Source: Macrostomum lignano (Eukaryota). Taken from it: 64,000 bases of DNA. Under the pieces are notes generated by a model, which was not told where the DNA came from, searched no databases, and saw nothing but the letters and a program-made list of their open reading frames with translations. This document shows positions 25,135-37,378 of the stretch, piece after piece; position 1 is the first letter of the stretch, and each line of letters opens with the position of its first letter. A program made the translations under genes and the position numbers. The stretch spans positions 62,001-126,000 of the forward strand of contig NIVC01000139.1 in NCBI GenBank assembly GCA_002269645.1. Reading direction: 5' to 3'.

Positions 25135-27393
25135 TGGGGTCTGTACGAACATTGAAGCGTAACAGCGTAGGCTTCGGACTTCGTTGATAAACTTTCTTAT
25201 ACATAATACTTACACATTTCAGTAAATGCAAAATCAAAACATGCATGTAGTGAGAAGCTATAGCAAAATTGAAAGGATTTTTGCGGTATCAGAATAATAC
25301 TTCAGAGGAGTAGCCCAGACAATTTTGTAGTTTATCTGATTGAAATGTAAGACAAAAATTTTAGCTTGTGAGTACAAAGCTACAAAAAATCATGGTCATA
25401 ATTAATTAGCCCTATAAAGCACAATTAGTCCAAGTACTGTAACACAGCAATGAAAGTCGATTTTTTGCATGCATGTAGTAATCTGCACCAACGCGAGCAA
25501 TAGTCTCACATAGAACCTAAATTTATTAACTGATTTTCTATTGAACCTTATTGAACCTATCGATGGTAGAAACTCAATCCCCTTACTAGAAGCACGTGTA
25601 GTTTTGAATTTAATGCAGAATATATTTGCTATCGATTTCCTTTTTTTATGTATAACCCAACAACTATTACTTGCTAATTTTGGATTTGGCCCCCATTGAA
25701 TGAGTTAATTATATACGCGTACGTACATGTGCGCGTAAGTCCTACACACTTCAGCCACAATTGACTGTAATGATCAGCAACTCTGAAAAAACCATCTGTT
25801 TCTTCACTGTTTCCTACACGAAGCAGTTTCCTTTCATCCGAAAGACTAATGCAAAAAGCTGTTATTGAGCGTACAATGCCTGCCCATGCAGGCGTACATA
25901 GAAAGATGATGCTACGTATACGAGTATAAAGAGCATCGGATGAATGTATTTTCAAACTGAAAAGTATTGAAATTGAAATACTGTCTACCTATCTATGCGT
26001 GAATAAACTTAAACTATTATCTAGCTCATATTTAGGATCAGGTGCGGCGGAGCGGGGGGAGAGGAGACAGTGTGCAATTGTATGTCCAATAGTTTTGTTG
26101 TGGATGCATTTTCTTCCCAATATTTCAATGGCATCAATAATTATACATGTATTATAGCAATTATTCTTTAACATTTTTGAAGGAGATGCCTAAACAAAAA
26201 TAGAGTTTGCCCCTGTGCCCTTGAGTTTCCCCCACTATTTTTTTTCTTCCACCGCGCCTGTCTAGGATTTATCTATTAGTTGATTCAAAAATTACGACAG
26301 GTACGAGTGCGTACAAGAAAAAAATATAGCTTTTGCTGTCAGTTTCATCTTAGGAGCAGTTGACTTAATCTCTCAAGTGACAGACGCTACACTCAAGACA
26401 ACTATTGCCTTTTTAGCCTATGGCCCATGGGATGAGCCCAGTTTATCACCCAGCGCTCGCTACGATCAGCACAAATACGAGCGTATACTCAATAACATTA
26501 AAAAGTCGCCACATTTGAGAGTGCGCAGTAAATTCTACTCGTAGCTCAGTATTAACTTTTGAGTGACGCAAATTGCGCCACGCGACGCAGAGTTGGGCTG
26601 GGTGAGGAGGAATTAGGAAGAGCGGAGGGCGAAGATTGAATGGATTGAAGCTTCCGCCCGGTTTTCAGTTTTTTTTCAAGCACTAATATCAAAATGGTTA
26701 GCCAGGTAATAGACACTGGTCGAAAGACACTGCTCACTGGGGCAAAGGGTGGCGACTTTTCAATGTTGCTGAGTATATGAGGCTTTGACACAAGCAGCTC
26801 CATTGAAGATGCTCAGCGACTTCTAAAGCATATCAAGGAAGCCATTATTGCTTTTTTGCAAGACAATTCAGGAAACTGTAAGTAAGCTATCGCCTATTAC
26901 CCCAATTCATCGAACTCTTGGAAAGTCGAACTTTGCCGCTGCAGTCAAAAATTGTCTGCAGGCGAGTCGTCACGACATCGGTATTCAATTCATTGCTTTA
27001 GTTGCTGACTAGGAGACAAAACAATGGATGGACACTATTCTCTCAAATGGTCATTTTTTCGCTACTAACTTTCATCCATTAGTAAAAAAAAATAAATTTT
27101 CTTACTGATTTACTGTCTTAAACCCCCTTCACACCGAGTCAAAGTCTGGACTTGTTTTTCACGACAAACATTTTTTCCAGTCGACTGGTCAAAAAGATGA
27201 TTTATTAGATTATATTTATATTATTTATTACATCGAAGAGATTGTAATCTGGTAGATCCAGAGACTAATTTTGCATCAATTTCGGTTTAAAATTAACATA
27301 CCCAGCTTAAAAGCAAGTCCAACTCAAAAAGTAAAAACCAAAAGGTTTGACGGAGTATTCACAATAGAGGTAGTTAAGCAGCGGGAAGAGGCC

Positions 27394-28719
27394 TCAGAAT
27401 GCAAAGTAAGAGGGCAGTTCAGCAGCTGGAAATAGAGTTCTGCGCGACTCCGCTCTCAGAAGGTCTACCAGGAAGCAGAGTTTCCCTGCCAGACCCTCAA
27501 AAAGCGATAAAGGCCGATCGGGGGTTCGACCAGGGAAGTTCAGCATGAACTGCGCAAATGCCGCAGCCCTGTGCAGATGTCGGGGATCGCCGGTGGCGCT
27601 GTGCAGTCGCAGAAACACGTAGCCGTTGCCCGAAATACCATGGCAGAGGCCGTCGCCTTTGTGCAGAAGTCCGCGGTGCCACACCACATCTGCGCACTGC
27701 AGCGCGGCAGGCAGGTCATCGATGCAGAGAAACATTAGGGCAAAACCAGGAGCTCCATGGCACCAGTGGACCAGGCGGTCTCTGTCGCTTCCCATTGAAG
27801 ATGGATAGTTAAGTGACTTGAACTGTTGCTGGCGAAGAAAGTCCACAGTTACGTCGAGCCTGCGCCTGGCATTAGAGAGCTCAACTTCAGACAGACCCAG
27901 ACTGGGTAGAATCCGAGCCAGAACGGACACAATTCCGCTAAGTCCATGAGCCGCACCGAAGTAGACAGAATCGTGCCACTCAAAGAGCAGACCATCGCCC
28001 CGGCCAATTCGTTGCTTCCAAAGTTCGGCTCCGTCCGCCAGGGTGCGCAAAGCAACCAAACGCGCCGCGGCACGGAGGTCTCGACGCGCATCCTGTGAAA
28101 GGTCCGCCAGCTCGCTGGCAACAAAGGCCAGCGCAAATAGGTACCCAGACCTGCCGTATAGCAGCTCGTTGGGAGGTCCGTCAGCAGCAGCGGCTGTCTG
28201 CAAGCTGAGTAGTCTCTCAAGAGAGCGACAGGCGAGGTCGCGGTCACCATGTTTCCAGTGCAACACAGCAGTGAGAGAGAGGACGCCAGAGTCTCCACAC
28301 AGAAAGCTGATTCGGCGGCAGTTAATCTGGCTGTAAAGTTCTTTCATTATATTAAGAGCGTTGCTAAGCAGGTGTCCGGAGTCAGGAAGAAGTCCCGAGC
28401 CAGCCAGGTGCCAGAAAAGGTATGCAATACCAGCCTTGCCTGTGTAAATCGACCTGTCTGTCGTAGGCATTGCCGTAAGATCTGGCGTTGCTCGAGACAG
28501 AAGGTGAACCAAAGCCTGATGTAGCCGCGCCCGAAAATCATCAGAAATTCTCCAGCAGTCATCATTTGAACGCTCTAAGAACTTTAAGTCCGATCCAGAA
28601 ATACCAAAATCAGAAAATTCGTTCGCAAAGTGCCGACCATCATTTAAATCGTAGGTAGTGACGACTTCCTTCCTTTCCTCCGAATTCGAGGACTTGCGCT
28701 GACGCTTGGCTGTCGCCAT
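27394..28719 (-). CDS. LANCL2: LanC-like protein (LANCL2-like), intronless, 441 aa
   Basis: YTGKAGIA, ELLYGRSGYL, YFGAAHGLSGI, VHWCHGAPG, GLCHGISGNGY and PDRPLSLFEGLAG. The Zn-ligand Cys/Cys/His residues are present. Confidence 0.9.
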   Translation of the reverse strand: MATAKRQRKSSNSEERKEVVTTYDLNDGRHFANEFSDFGISGSDLKFLERSNDDCWRISDDFRARLHQALVHLLSRATPDLTAMPTTDRSIYTGKAGIAYLFWHLAGSGLLPDSGHLLSNALNIMKELYSQINCRRISFLCGDSGVLSLTAVLHWKHGDRDLACRSLERLLSLQTAAAADGPPNELLYGRSGYLFALAFVASELADLSQDARRDLRAAARLVALRTLADGAELWKQRIGRGDGLLFEWHDSVYFGAAHGLSGIVSVLARILPSLGLSEVELSNARRRLDVTVDFLRQQQFKSLNYPSSMGSDRDRLVHWCHGAPGFALMFLCIDDLPAALQCADVVWHRGLLHKGDGLCHGISGNGYVFLRLHSATGDPRHLHRAAAFAQFMLNFPGRTPDRPLSLFEGLAGKLCFLVDLLRAESRRTLFPAAELPSYFAF

Positions 28720-28948
28720 GGATATTGCTTTTATAGTAGCAACTTGACGTCAGCATAAACCCAAGGAGGCTATATTATTGTAACATTGTACCGAACACAA
28801 AAGCCGAAACACAATACAAATAATGCGAGTTCTATTAAATGAGAATGTGACTGCAATATTTACTTGATAGATTTTTTATTCTGCTTGACTAAGCATTCGT
28901 CTGCTTTCATAGTTACTACTCCTTCATAGTTACTACTCCTTAGAACTA

Positions 28949-29624
28949 TAGCTTTTGTCCATGGTAGCAAGGCTTGCATTTTATTTGGTCCAACAAGCAT
29001 CAATTGGTCCATATAGCTTCATTTGCAACTGCTACGGAGCAAGCTTAGCCCCAGAATTGTGGACCATGTGCTAGGCTGTCAAACGAATGCCATTGGCTTG
29101 TGATCGAAACACTCGACGGAGGTGAACATCCAAAGGACATTGCAAGGTTGCTGAATGTAAAAGAAATGATGGTTTACAGCATCCATCAGCGCGTTGAAAC
29201 TCCGCCGGCAGAGATTGCGTGCGAAAGGGTGGCAATCACCAAGGCAAGTTGCTCAAGAGCCTCAGGTCCAACTGCTACTCGATGCAGTTGAGACGAACCC
29301 TTTGTTAATATTGCAGAAAATGCAGCAGAAGTTGAAGGAATAGTTCCAGTTAGTTATCAGATTTAGACTATCAGCAGAGCTCTGGAAAAGCGACTGAAAA
29401 TTGTTGCTAGAGACGCTGAAATTCCAGTGGGACGCAACAACCTGCAGACAGTTGCGAGAAGGCAGGAGTTTGTCTAACGGCTCACGAGCATTTAGACCAT
29501 TTTGATACGTGTAGAACCAAATTAAATGCCGCTCTGTCAGCCTTGTTACGAGCTATCATAGACAAAAGCTCCGTTACATAGGCAAACCTATCTTGAATTA
29601 AATTCAATGGGCTGCAAAAATCTA
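28949..29624 (+). mobile_element. Degenerate IS630-Tc1-type remnant
   Basis: TA-flanked TAGC(T/A)TTTT-type ends. HTH MIETLDGGEHPKDIARLLNVKE and LLDAVETNP...QKMQQKL are homologous to the transposase at 4643-5710. A second copy lies at 63745-64000. Confidence 0.7.
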
Positions 29625-30051
29625 TATTTGACGCTCGTGAAATTGAACTGCTTGTGAAACTTATGTCTGGACCAACAAAGCCATAGAAATCGAAACGGAC
29701 AAGTGAAAACATTTTTAGTAGAACCTACTAGATCGCAGCTACCAAGCCAGTCACAAAGGCAGCACGTAATGTGGTGAAACTTTATAAACCATTTAATTTA
29801 ATTTTCAAAGGGACACGAAAAGTACACAGCTAGATATAAATTCTGCGTTATTTTAAATCATTTTGTTGGAAAGTGATAACATTTTTGACATACTACGAGC
29901 GAAATAATGTGATCCTAGTTTCTAGGGTGCAGCTGGTACGCTGAACTGGGCTTGTTTTCTATGGTTGATAATTTTCTGTTCTGTAGAGAAAACCAAAAGA
30001 TGTCTAATTAGCTAGAGCAGTGTGTGCAGGAACAGTCCACACAATCAGGAG

Positions 30052-30243
30052 TCACTTGTGGAGACTGGGCTTTTGCTGCTCGATGGCATTGTTCCCGCCA
30101 CGCCTCTTCATGAGAAACACTAAAGCGAACAGGCCGCCCCAGGTGCTCATGACGATATTAAAGCGACCCCTGGTAGTGTAGGTATTGTAATACCGCCGCC
30201 AGCCCTTGAACATGTCGTCCGGGTAGTGATCACCTCCGGCCAT
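30052..30243 (-). CDS. ATP5MK: ATP synthase membrane subunit K (DAPIT/USMG5), 63 aa
   Basis: MAGGDHYPDDMFKGWRRYYNTYTTRGRFNIVMSTWGGLFALVF matches the MAG...FTG.KKYFNSYT..GR.N.V.AT.G pattern followed by one TM segment. Confidence 0.82.
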   Translation of the reverse strand: MAGGDHYPDDMFKGWRRYYNTYTTRGRFNIVMSTWGGLFALVFLMKRRGGNNAIEQQKPSLHK

Positions 30244-31251
30244 ATTTCCAGCGCTGCGGGAAATCAGAGATTCAAAAAATATACGAACCGTTGAAACAAA
30301 AAATATGTTAATCCATCAAATCAATCTGACAAAAATTCTTATTGTTATATTTTTTTCCGAAAATTCCCCAAGTTTTTATTATTTAATAAGACGCCAAGTA
30401 CCTACGCTACGCATATAAGAATTTGTGCTGCTCAAAGCTCCGGAAAATTTTATCAATCTGCTTAACAGCTGATAAAAATGCACTAAGTCAACAGCCTAGC
30501 TGCTGTCGATAAAAACAGATGGGCCACTCTGTCAGTCGAATTCAAAATTTTCATGTAAGTAGTGTGTTGTGAATATAATAAATGATTCGTGGCAGAGTCT
30601 TCTTGTCTGTGGCGTAAAATGATTACCCAAATACGGGAGCCAACAAAAAATTATTTTCATACTCTCACAGCACTACTGACATAAAAGATGGAAACTCGAC
30701 TAAATTATAGTCACTATTGCTGATAATAAGAAAGTGATTTTTCTAAAACACAATATAATACTGAAGAAATAACAGAAGTGGAGCCAGAACGGTAGCAAAT
30801 ACCGTTGGTTACGTCTGGTGGCGAATTTAAAACCTAAGTAAGCTAATTTATTCACTGGAAGCGGGGCTAGCAAAGCTACTATGGAGGCAGCAATAATAAG
30901 ATAGATGCGAAACAACAATTATTTAACATTTTTTAGAGAATTCAGCTTGCAGGCTTCAAAAAGATGTTAGAATATAACAATAATGCTTTGCCTGACAAAG
31001 CAAACAAAAAACAAAGCAACCCATAATAGATCGGATGAGGACACAAGCACATACAAACGACTACAACTACTAGGGTAGAAGGTACAATAAATTGATCGCA
31101 GCTCCAGCCTACATAAGAATAATGTTGTTGATAGCGTTATTTAATATTTGTAATAATATAATGTAATAATAATAAAAACCAACAATCGCGCCAGTGCGCA
31201 CAAGCCGCAAATTAAAAGTTACAAAGCTGCTCCCGCAACATTGCATAAAAG

Positions 31252-31460
31252 TCACTGCTCTTTTTTCTCCTCCGGGTTAGTCACGCCTGAGGATGCTGCC
31301 TCCTCCCCGACTGCCTCTGGTACCGCAGGTGTCTCAGCAGCGTTGGTGACGTCCTGCTCCGGCTGTTGCAGCATCTCTTGGCTCACGCCGTACTCATTCA
31401 CCCGTTTCGGATCCATGGGGTAAATGTAGCGCTGGTACAGGTAGATGAAGAATATCACGT
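31252..31460 (-). CDS. CLPTM1: CLPTM1 terminal exon
   Basis: Acceptor ttcccacag|AC gives RD-DVIFFIYLYQRYIYPMDPKRVNEYG, as in CLPTM1 (DDVVFFIYLYQRWIY.VD..RVNEFG). Confidence 0.88.
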
Positions 31461-31810
31461 CTGTGGGAAGAATGCAGAGGGATTTGAGAAAAGTTAAAAG
31501 CAATTATTCAGCAACTGAGAGTCTCGCGTTTACATCTTTGATTCTCATCTCATTGGTCTGACAGGGTGCTGTGTTTTCTGATGTTTCTTTTTATTATGTT
31601 TTGAGAAATACAAAATTTCTATAACATGATGTTGAAAGACATTAAGTTTACCCAGATATTTCAGCTGGCTTCCAATAAAACCCCAACTGAAATATTAAAT
31701 ACTATGAAGCATACATATAGCTCGTATTAATCGTATATTATTCTTCTGCAGTCGGGATGCATAATATTGGAATAACAGGCCCAAGGCACCCGGCTGCAGA
31801 TGAGTGCACT

Positions 31811-32305
31811 GACTAGTGTTTCCCGGCATTGACTAGTGTTTCCTGGCATTAACTAGTGTTTCCTAGCATTGAATAGTGTTTCCTGGCATTAACTAGTGTT
31901 TCCTGGCATTGACTAGTGTTTCCTGGCATTAACTAGTGTTTCCTAGCATTGAATAGTGTTTCCTGGCATTAACTAGTGTTTCCTGGCATTGACTAGTGTT
32001 TCCTAGCATTAACTAGTGTTTCCTGGCATTGACTAGTGTTTCCTGGCATTGACTAGTGTTTCCTAGCATTGACTAGTGTTTCCTGGCATTGACTAGTGGT
32101 TGCTGGCATTAACTAGTGTTTCCTGGCATTGAATAGTGTTTCCTGGCATTGACTAGTGTTTCCCGGCATTGACTAGTGTTTCCTGGCATTAACTAGTGTT
32201 TCCTGGCATTGACTAGTGTTTCCTGGCATTGAATAGTGTTTCCTGGCATTGACTAGTGTTTCCTGGCATTGACTAGTGTTTCCCCGCATTGAATAGTGTC
32301 TCCCG
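31811..32305. repeat. 20-bp minisatellite (about 25 copies, GACTAGTGTTTCCTGGCATT)
   Basis: Exact 20-bp phase without indels; lies in the CLPTM1 intron. Confidence 0.95.
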
Positions 32306-32343
32306 ATACTACGCTAGTACTCGTCGTAGTCTATGGTCTAGAG

Positions 32344-32565
32344 CATGGATGAAGAAATACTAGTACTATGGATTGCTCATCTGAAACAATTTCTAGTCAA
32401 TTTGGCTGATGAAAGTTGGGAATGCAAATTTGCATTTGACGAACTTATTCAACAGCAAATCGAGTCCTATGGAGGTTTATTTTTAACTTTGATCAGCCAA
32501 TAGTTTCCTACGGGGGTATATTCCAAGTTTCAGATGAGCAATCCATAGTATTCCTTTATCTATTG
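32344..32565. mobile_element. P-element-type MITE
   Basis: Starts CATGGATGAAGAAATAC, with internal tatggattgctcatctg similar to the P-element TIR at 7807/10864. TCTAGAG is duplicated on both flanks (32337-32343, 32566-32572). Confidence 0.65.
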
Positions 32566-33907
32566 TCTAGAGAGACAGTACTCGTAACACGCTATATCGA
32601 TAGAACAGCTCGGGGATGGGGTATTATATGTCTATGGGGTAGTAGTATTCAGGTTTTCATTGTCGGATGCATCCCCAACCCTAGCAGATCAACCACTTTG
32701 AGACCCGAATAATTTACTGTGCAGCTACTTTTACAAGTAGTTTCTTGTACATGTATCAAGAAAAATAAGACCACTTTTCAGCGGAAGCACATGAGACAGC
32801 ACAATTTCAGTCAATAAGCAAAAACGTGGTTGACAAAACCACCAAGCACCATCATTGTCATCATAAAAAACAATGTATTTGACAACAACACAATAACAAT
32901 TCACAACAATCCCACAGGGTGCCCGTGTGAAATTTAATATCAATCTACCATTTTTTCCCGATTGAAATGAGTAAATCTCACGATTCTATCACTATGCACG
33001 ACAAAAGTAGAACAGCGGTTAAATTGATTCCCAGAGTGATTCTTGTCCTAGAAACATCTGACTGCGCTGATTCCCTGTATTGACAGTTTCCTTCCTATAG
33101 GTGGGTTGATTCCTTTAGCTACATTTAGCTGATTCCTTAAGTGGAATCGTCCTATTAAGCTGATTCCTAAATTGGCAGATTCCTTCCATTAAATTTGGCT
33201 GATTCTTTACCTGGAATCATCTGAAATATGTTGGTTCAGTTGATTCTCAACTTCGGCTGTTTCCATTCTGTGGAATCATCTGAAATTACTGCTGATTCCA
33301 GCTGGAATCAACCGAAGAATCAACCGAATTTTTTGGCGGGAAGATGTGTGAAAGGGGTTTAAAATTAATTAACTTTCAGCTGCCATAAGTTTGCTCCACG
33401 TACAGCGATTTACTTTAAACTTGATACAATTCTTCATTGACTCATTCTCCGTCTAAATATAAAGTCTCAACTTTGTACCTCAATTAGGACAGAAAGTGTA
33501 GGCATGTGAAGCTTGTCTGCTTTTTCTATTGTGCCGCTAATCGGACTCATCCAAATCATTCCCCCAGACCAAGAATCAGGTGATAGGGCTCAGTGTACAT
33601 AGCAAATGTACCTAGTGTTTTGGAATAAATTTTTATAGCATTCACTGCTAACGTTTAGCCACGACAGTCTAGTAAGGAATTCAACTACTGACCTACTACG
33701 AGCTATCTGCGACTTGAGAGCATTCTGTCCCCCACAAAGACAAACTGACTTTCCAAGCACTTGAACTGATGCTGATGCTTTTAGTTATAAAATATTTGGG
33801 ATTTTTACCCACTTCTCTGGATTTTTTAGCTAAAACCATGCATTGCCATTGCCAGAAAACAAGCAATCTAACGACACCGGTTGCAAGAAGTTCGGTCAGC
33901 AAATAGG

Positions 33908-34352
33908 ATGCTAGCAGATTTTTGGCTAGCTAAATACTCGCTAGCAAAATTCCTGCTAGCAAGCTTCGGCGGGCAAACTTGGCTAGCAGACTTCGGCTAG
34001 CAAACCTCGGTTAGCAGGTTTCGTCTAGCAGATTTCGGCTAGCAGATTTCGGCTAGCAGACTTCGGCTAGCAAACCTCGGTTAGCAGGTTTCGTCTAGCA
34101 GATTTCGGCTAGCAGACTTCGGCTAGCAGACTTCGGCTAGCAAACCTCGGTTAGCAGGTTTCGTCTAGCAGATTTCGGCTAGCAGATTTCGGCTAGCAGA
34201 CTTCGGCTAGCAAACCTCGGTTAGCAGGTTTCGTCTAGCAGATTTCGGCTAGCAGACTTCGGCTACCAGATTTCGGCTAGCAGACTTCGGCTAGCAGATT
34301 TCGGCTAGCAGATTTCGGCTAGCAGACTTTGGCTAGCAGATTTCCTGCTAGC
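33908..34352. repeat. 14-bp minisatellite (GAYTTCGGCTAGCA) with a 70-bp pentameric higher-order repeat
   Basis: The variant aacctcggttagca recurs at 34003, 34073, 34143 and 34213. Confidence 0.92.
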
Positions 34353-34554
34353 AAATTTCATAGACCCATCACTACGCGTTAATGTTATCAACTTTTGTTT
34401 TAATTTCTTTGACTAGATTATTGACTTTTTACATTTCACTACATCTGCCATAATAAACTCGTTAAAATGCATTCCACATGCGCATTAGTAGTAAAACGCT
34501 TGTCACTGTGCTCAGAATACATAAAGCAAAAAATAAAAACAGATAATGACGTAC

Positions 34555-36253
34555 CATCGCGAAGACAGCCAATTCGGTAAAGGGTGGGCATGCGGATGAC
34601 GAAGGCGAAGATGTCGTCAATGAAGGTGTTGAGTGCCTTGTAGGTGAGCATACGCCAAGGCAGGTGGGCTACGGACTTCATCTTGTAATTTATAAACAGC
34701 TGTGGCGTCATCATGATGAATCCGAACGTGAGCAGAAATCCATACAGCATGCTGAGCACCCAAGAGTACCAGCTCTTATGCTCCTGGTATAGCAGGGAAT
34801 AAACCGCGTACATCCCCAATAGGGGGAACAGCAGCCAGCTGAGGTAGCGGAAGGCCATCTGGTCGTATTTTTTTGTTTGCGATTCAGTATAGGTGGACTT
34901 CTCTCGCATGTGCACCCGCGGAATCAGACCCAGCAGCTTGGCGGTCCAGTCCACCTGTACATCTACTACTTTCTTGATCTTCCACAGCTCGATCAGCAGG
35001 CCGACAAAGACCGATACCCGCACAACAAAGTTGGTCTCATTATCCATCACGTACAGCAGAACCACAACGGACTGAAACACACTGAAAAAGACGCTGCGTA
35101 CGCTGAGACCCTCCAGCGACTGTCGGCTGCGCCAGAACTGGATGTCATTTTTAAAAGCCAGAAACTCAAACACAGAGTGCACAAGGCTCACCACCACAGT
35201 TAGGGCAAGTAGGTAGGGATTGGTCTCGACCAGAGTTCTCTTCAACGTGTCTTGCTCTTCATCAGATTCTTGGAATGTATCCTCGCCAAGAAAAGCCCCG
35301 TACCACTTATTGCGCATAGACTGGGCTGCATAAAGCTGCCAGCGAAAGAGAGACAATGGTTGAAATGTCACCGTTAGGTTCAGAAGCGGCGTTGTGTCAT
35401 TCACTGGCATGTAATCAGAGTTTAAATTCCAGTAATCGTTATAGTACAGAATAGGATAGTACTCGTTGGTTGGAGGATGGAATTGCACATACTCATCAAG
35501 GGGAGGCGGCAGAGATCCGGGGGTCCACGGTGTGTGATCATCAACGAGGCTGATGGTGAGGTTTGGGTGCCAGTGAGTACTGGGCGGAAGGTGTGTGGTA
35601 CCACCTGCCAGTCCTTCCTTGTCGAGTGGACCTTCGGTGCTTCCCGTAATAAGGTTTTGGGTGTTAGACACCCGCCTCCGCTTGTACTTGGTAAGCATTC
35701 GGCCGCTGTGCATTGTGTAGCGCTTGTCGTGATAACGGCTGCTCGGATCGGGCGAGTTGCCTGGTCGCACCACAAAGGTGTGAATGTACAGACTGCCGTT
35801 TTTCATGATAGTCTCGGGCACCTTGATCTTTCCGTGCTTGTAGTACACCCCGTCCCGATTCTCGCCGCTTTCCCAGTCGCCGTACACTAGGCCCGGCTGG
35901 TGCCAGAACAGATCTGAGGCCTCGTTAAACCGAGTGAAGTTCTGCTGCTCGTTGACGAAGATCCACAGGTCCAGCTTGCTGTTCTTTGGGAAAATGTTTT
36001 GGCAGGGCACCCGGAAGCTGCTGCCGGCCGAAGCTGGGGCGGATGGATCGCCAGGTGCAGTCTGGGGTTGTTGGCCACGCCGGAACAAGCTGCTGATGAA
36101 GTAGATAATGAGCATGCGTACAATGAACCCTTTGACCATGGCCCAACCGTTAGGCCGTTGCTGCTGCTCCCCACCCTGTTGAGCGTCGCCAGCGGCGGCT
36201 GCTGGTGCAGCGGCCTCACCAGCCACTGGAGCAATTGCTGCTGCATCTGCCAT
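34555..36253 (-). CDS. CLPTM1: CLPTM1 main exon (gene about 635 aa)
   Basis: NGSLYIH, HWHPNLTI, YYPILYYNDYW, ETNPYLL, FEFLAFKNDIQFW, LINYKMKSVAHLPWRMLTYKALNTFIDD. Start MADAAA at 36253; donor G|gtacgt at 34554. Confidence 0.93.
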
Positions 36254-37224
36254 TTGTGCTTTCAGGAGTGAGGTAAATTTATTAGTTGCAGTTAAAATTT
36301 GGCCCTCGCTGCAACATAAGAGGCATGCTTCACAGTAATCCAAAAGGCAGTTTATCTATGTTTTTAAATTAAATTCTACCTAGGCTTTAAGGCTTGGTGA
36401 TTTTTGTTGCAATTGTCCATGGTTATAATTTAAATAATTGGATTCACAAAAAGTTACAATATTAACTACTTATATCTAATCTAATATCCAATCTATCTAG
36501 TCTAGCCTACTTTTCTCAATTTCGATTCTTTAGTATGTAAATTATGTATCTTCTCTTGTTTATTATTACTGTAATTTATCATCATTAACAATTAAAAACA
36601 GCTTATTCTTATTCAATTTTCAGCTCACTATGTTTATGTTTATTCAATATTTATCATGATTCATTCTTCTTGCATAATATAGCTATTCTATTACAATATA
36701 AAGTTGTTATATCATATATAGTATAGCTAAAGCTAAAGCTAACAGTCAATTAACACAATTTTTCTTTATTTTTTTAAATGAATTAAATAACAATAGCTAT
36801 TTATATATATAATTATTTATATATTAATATTAGTATTACTCAGGCCAATTGCCATTGCCCAATTCATTGTTATTACTATTATTAAATTCAAAATTTTATA
36901 TTTATATACATTTATATAGCATATAGCATAAGCATATAACATAGCATCAGCTTTTACTTTTGACTTACAACTTATGAAAATCTGTCACTGGTGACATCTA
37001 CTAGTATCATCTGCAAGATGGCTTCACTTCAACCAAAGCAGCAAAAGCTAGACTAATTCTTGATTTCATAGTCATAGAGAATGCCACAATGCTAGGACTC
37101 GTCTCTGTCTATTTCAACTGATGATGCTATTGCTGCTACAATGGCAACCCATACATGCCCAACATCCATCCAACTCATCCAAACTGGACAGGTGAAATGG
37201 CCACTGGCCAAAGTAAGTCGCAAA

Positions 37225-37378
37225 ATTGAAAATGCAAAAAATGAAAATTGGAAAAGAAAGAAAGAAGAGAAAGGGAAAAGAAAGGAAGGAAAAGAAAGAG
37301 GAAAGAGGAGAAAGAAAGAGAGGGGAAAGAGGAGAGAGAAAGAGAGGGGAAAGAGGAGAGAGAAAAAAGGCAAGAGAA
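37225..37378. repeat. Purine-rich low-complexity tract
   Basis: (GGA/GAA/AGAG)n with repeated agaggggaaagaggaga. Confidence 0.8.

Noticed and set aside
26750-26880. Possible plus-strand exon (IEDAQRLLKHIKEAIIAF...) ending at gtaagt
   Set aside because: No recognisable homology and no partner exons found.
27394-28719. LanC cyclase as a sign of a lanthipeptide cluster or horizontal transfer
   Set aside because: The motifs fit the eukaryotic LANCL1/2 family; there is no LanB or precursor nearby, and the neighbours are animal housekeeping genes.
28728-28752. TATAAAAG and a CRE palindrome (TGACGTCA) upstream of LANCL2
   Set aside because: The TATA-like word is only about 9 nt from the ATG, too close for a TATA box, and a single CRE octamer is not significant alone.
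31811-32305. Regular 20-bp array resembling a CRISPR
   Set aside because: Head-to-tail units with no unique spacers and no cas genes, in a eukaryotic intron.
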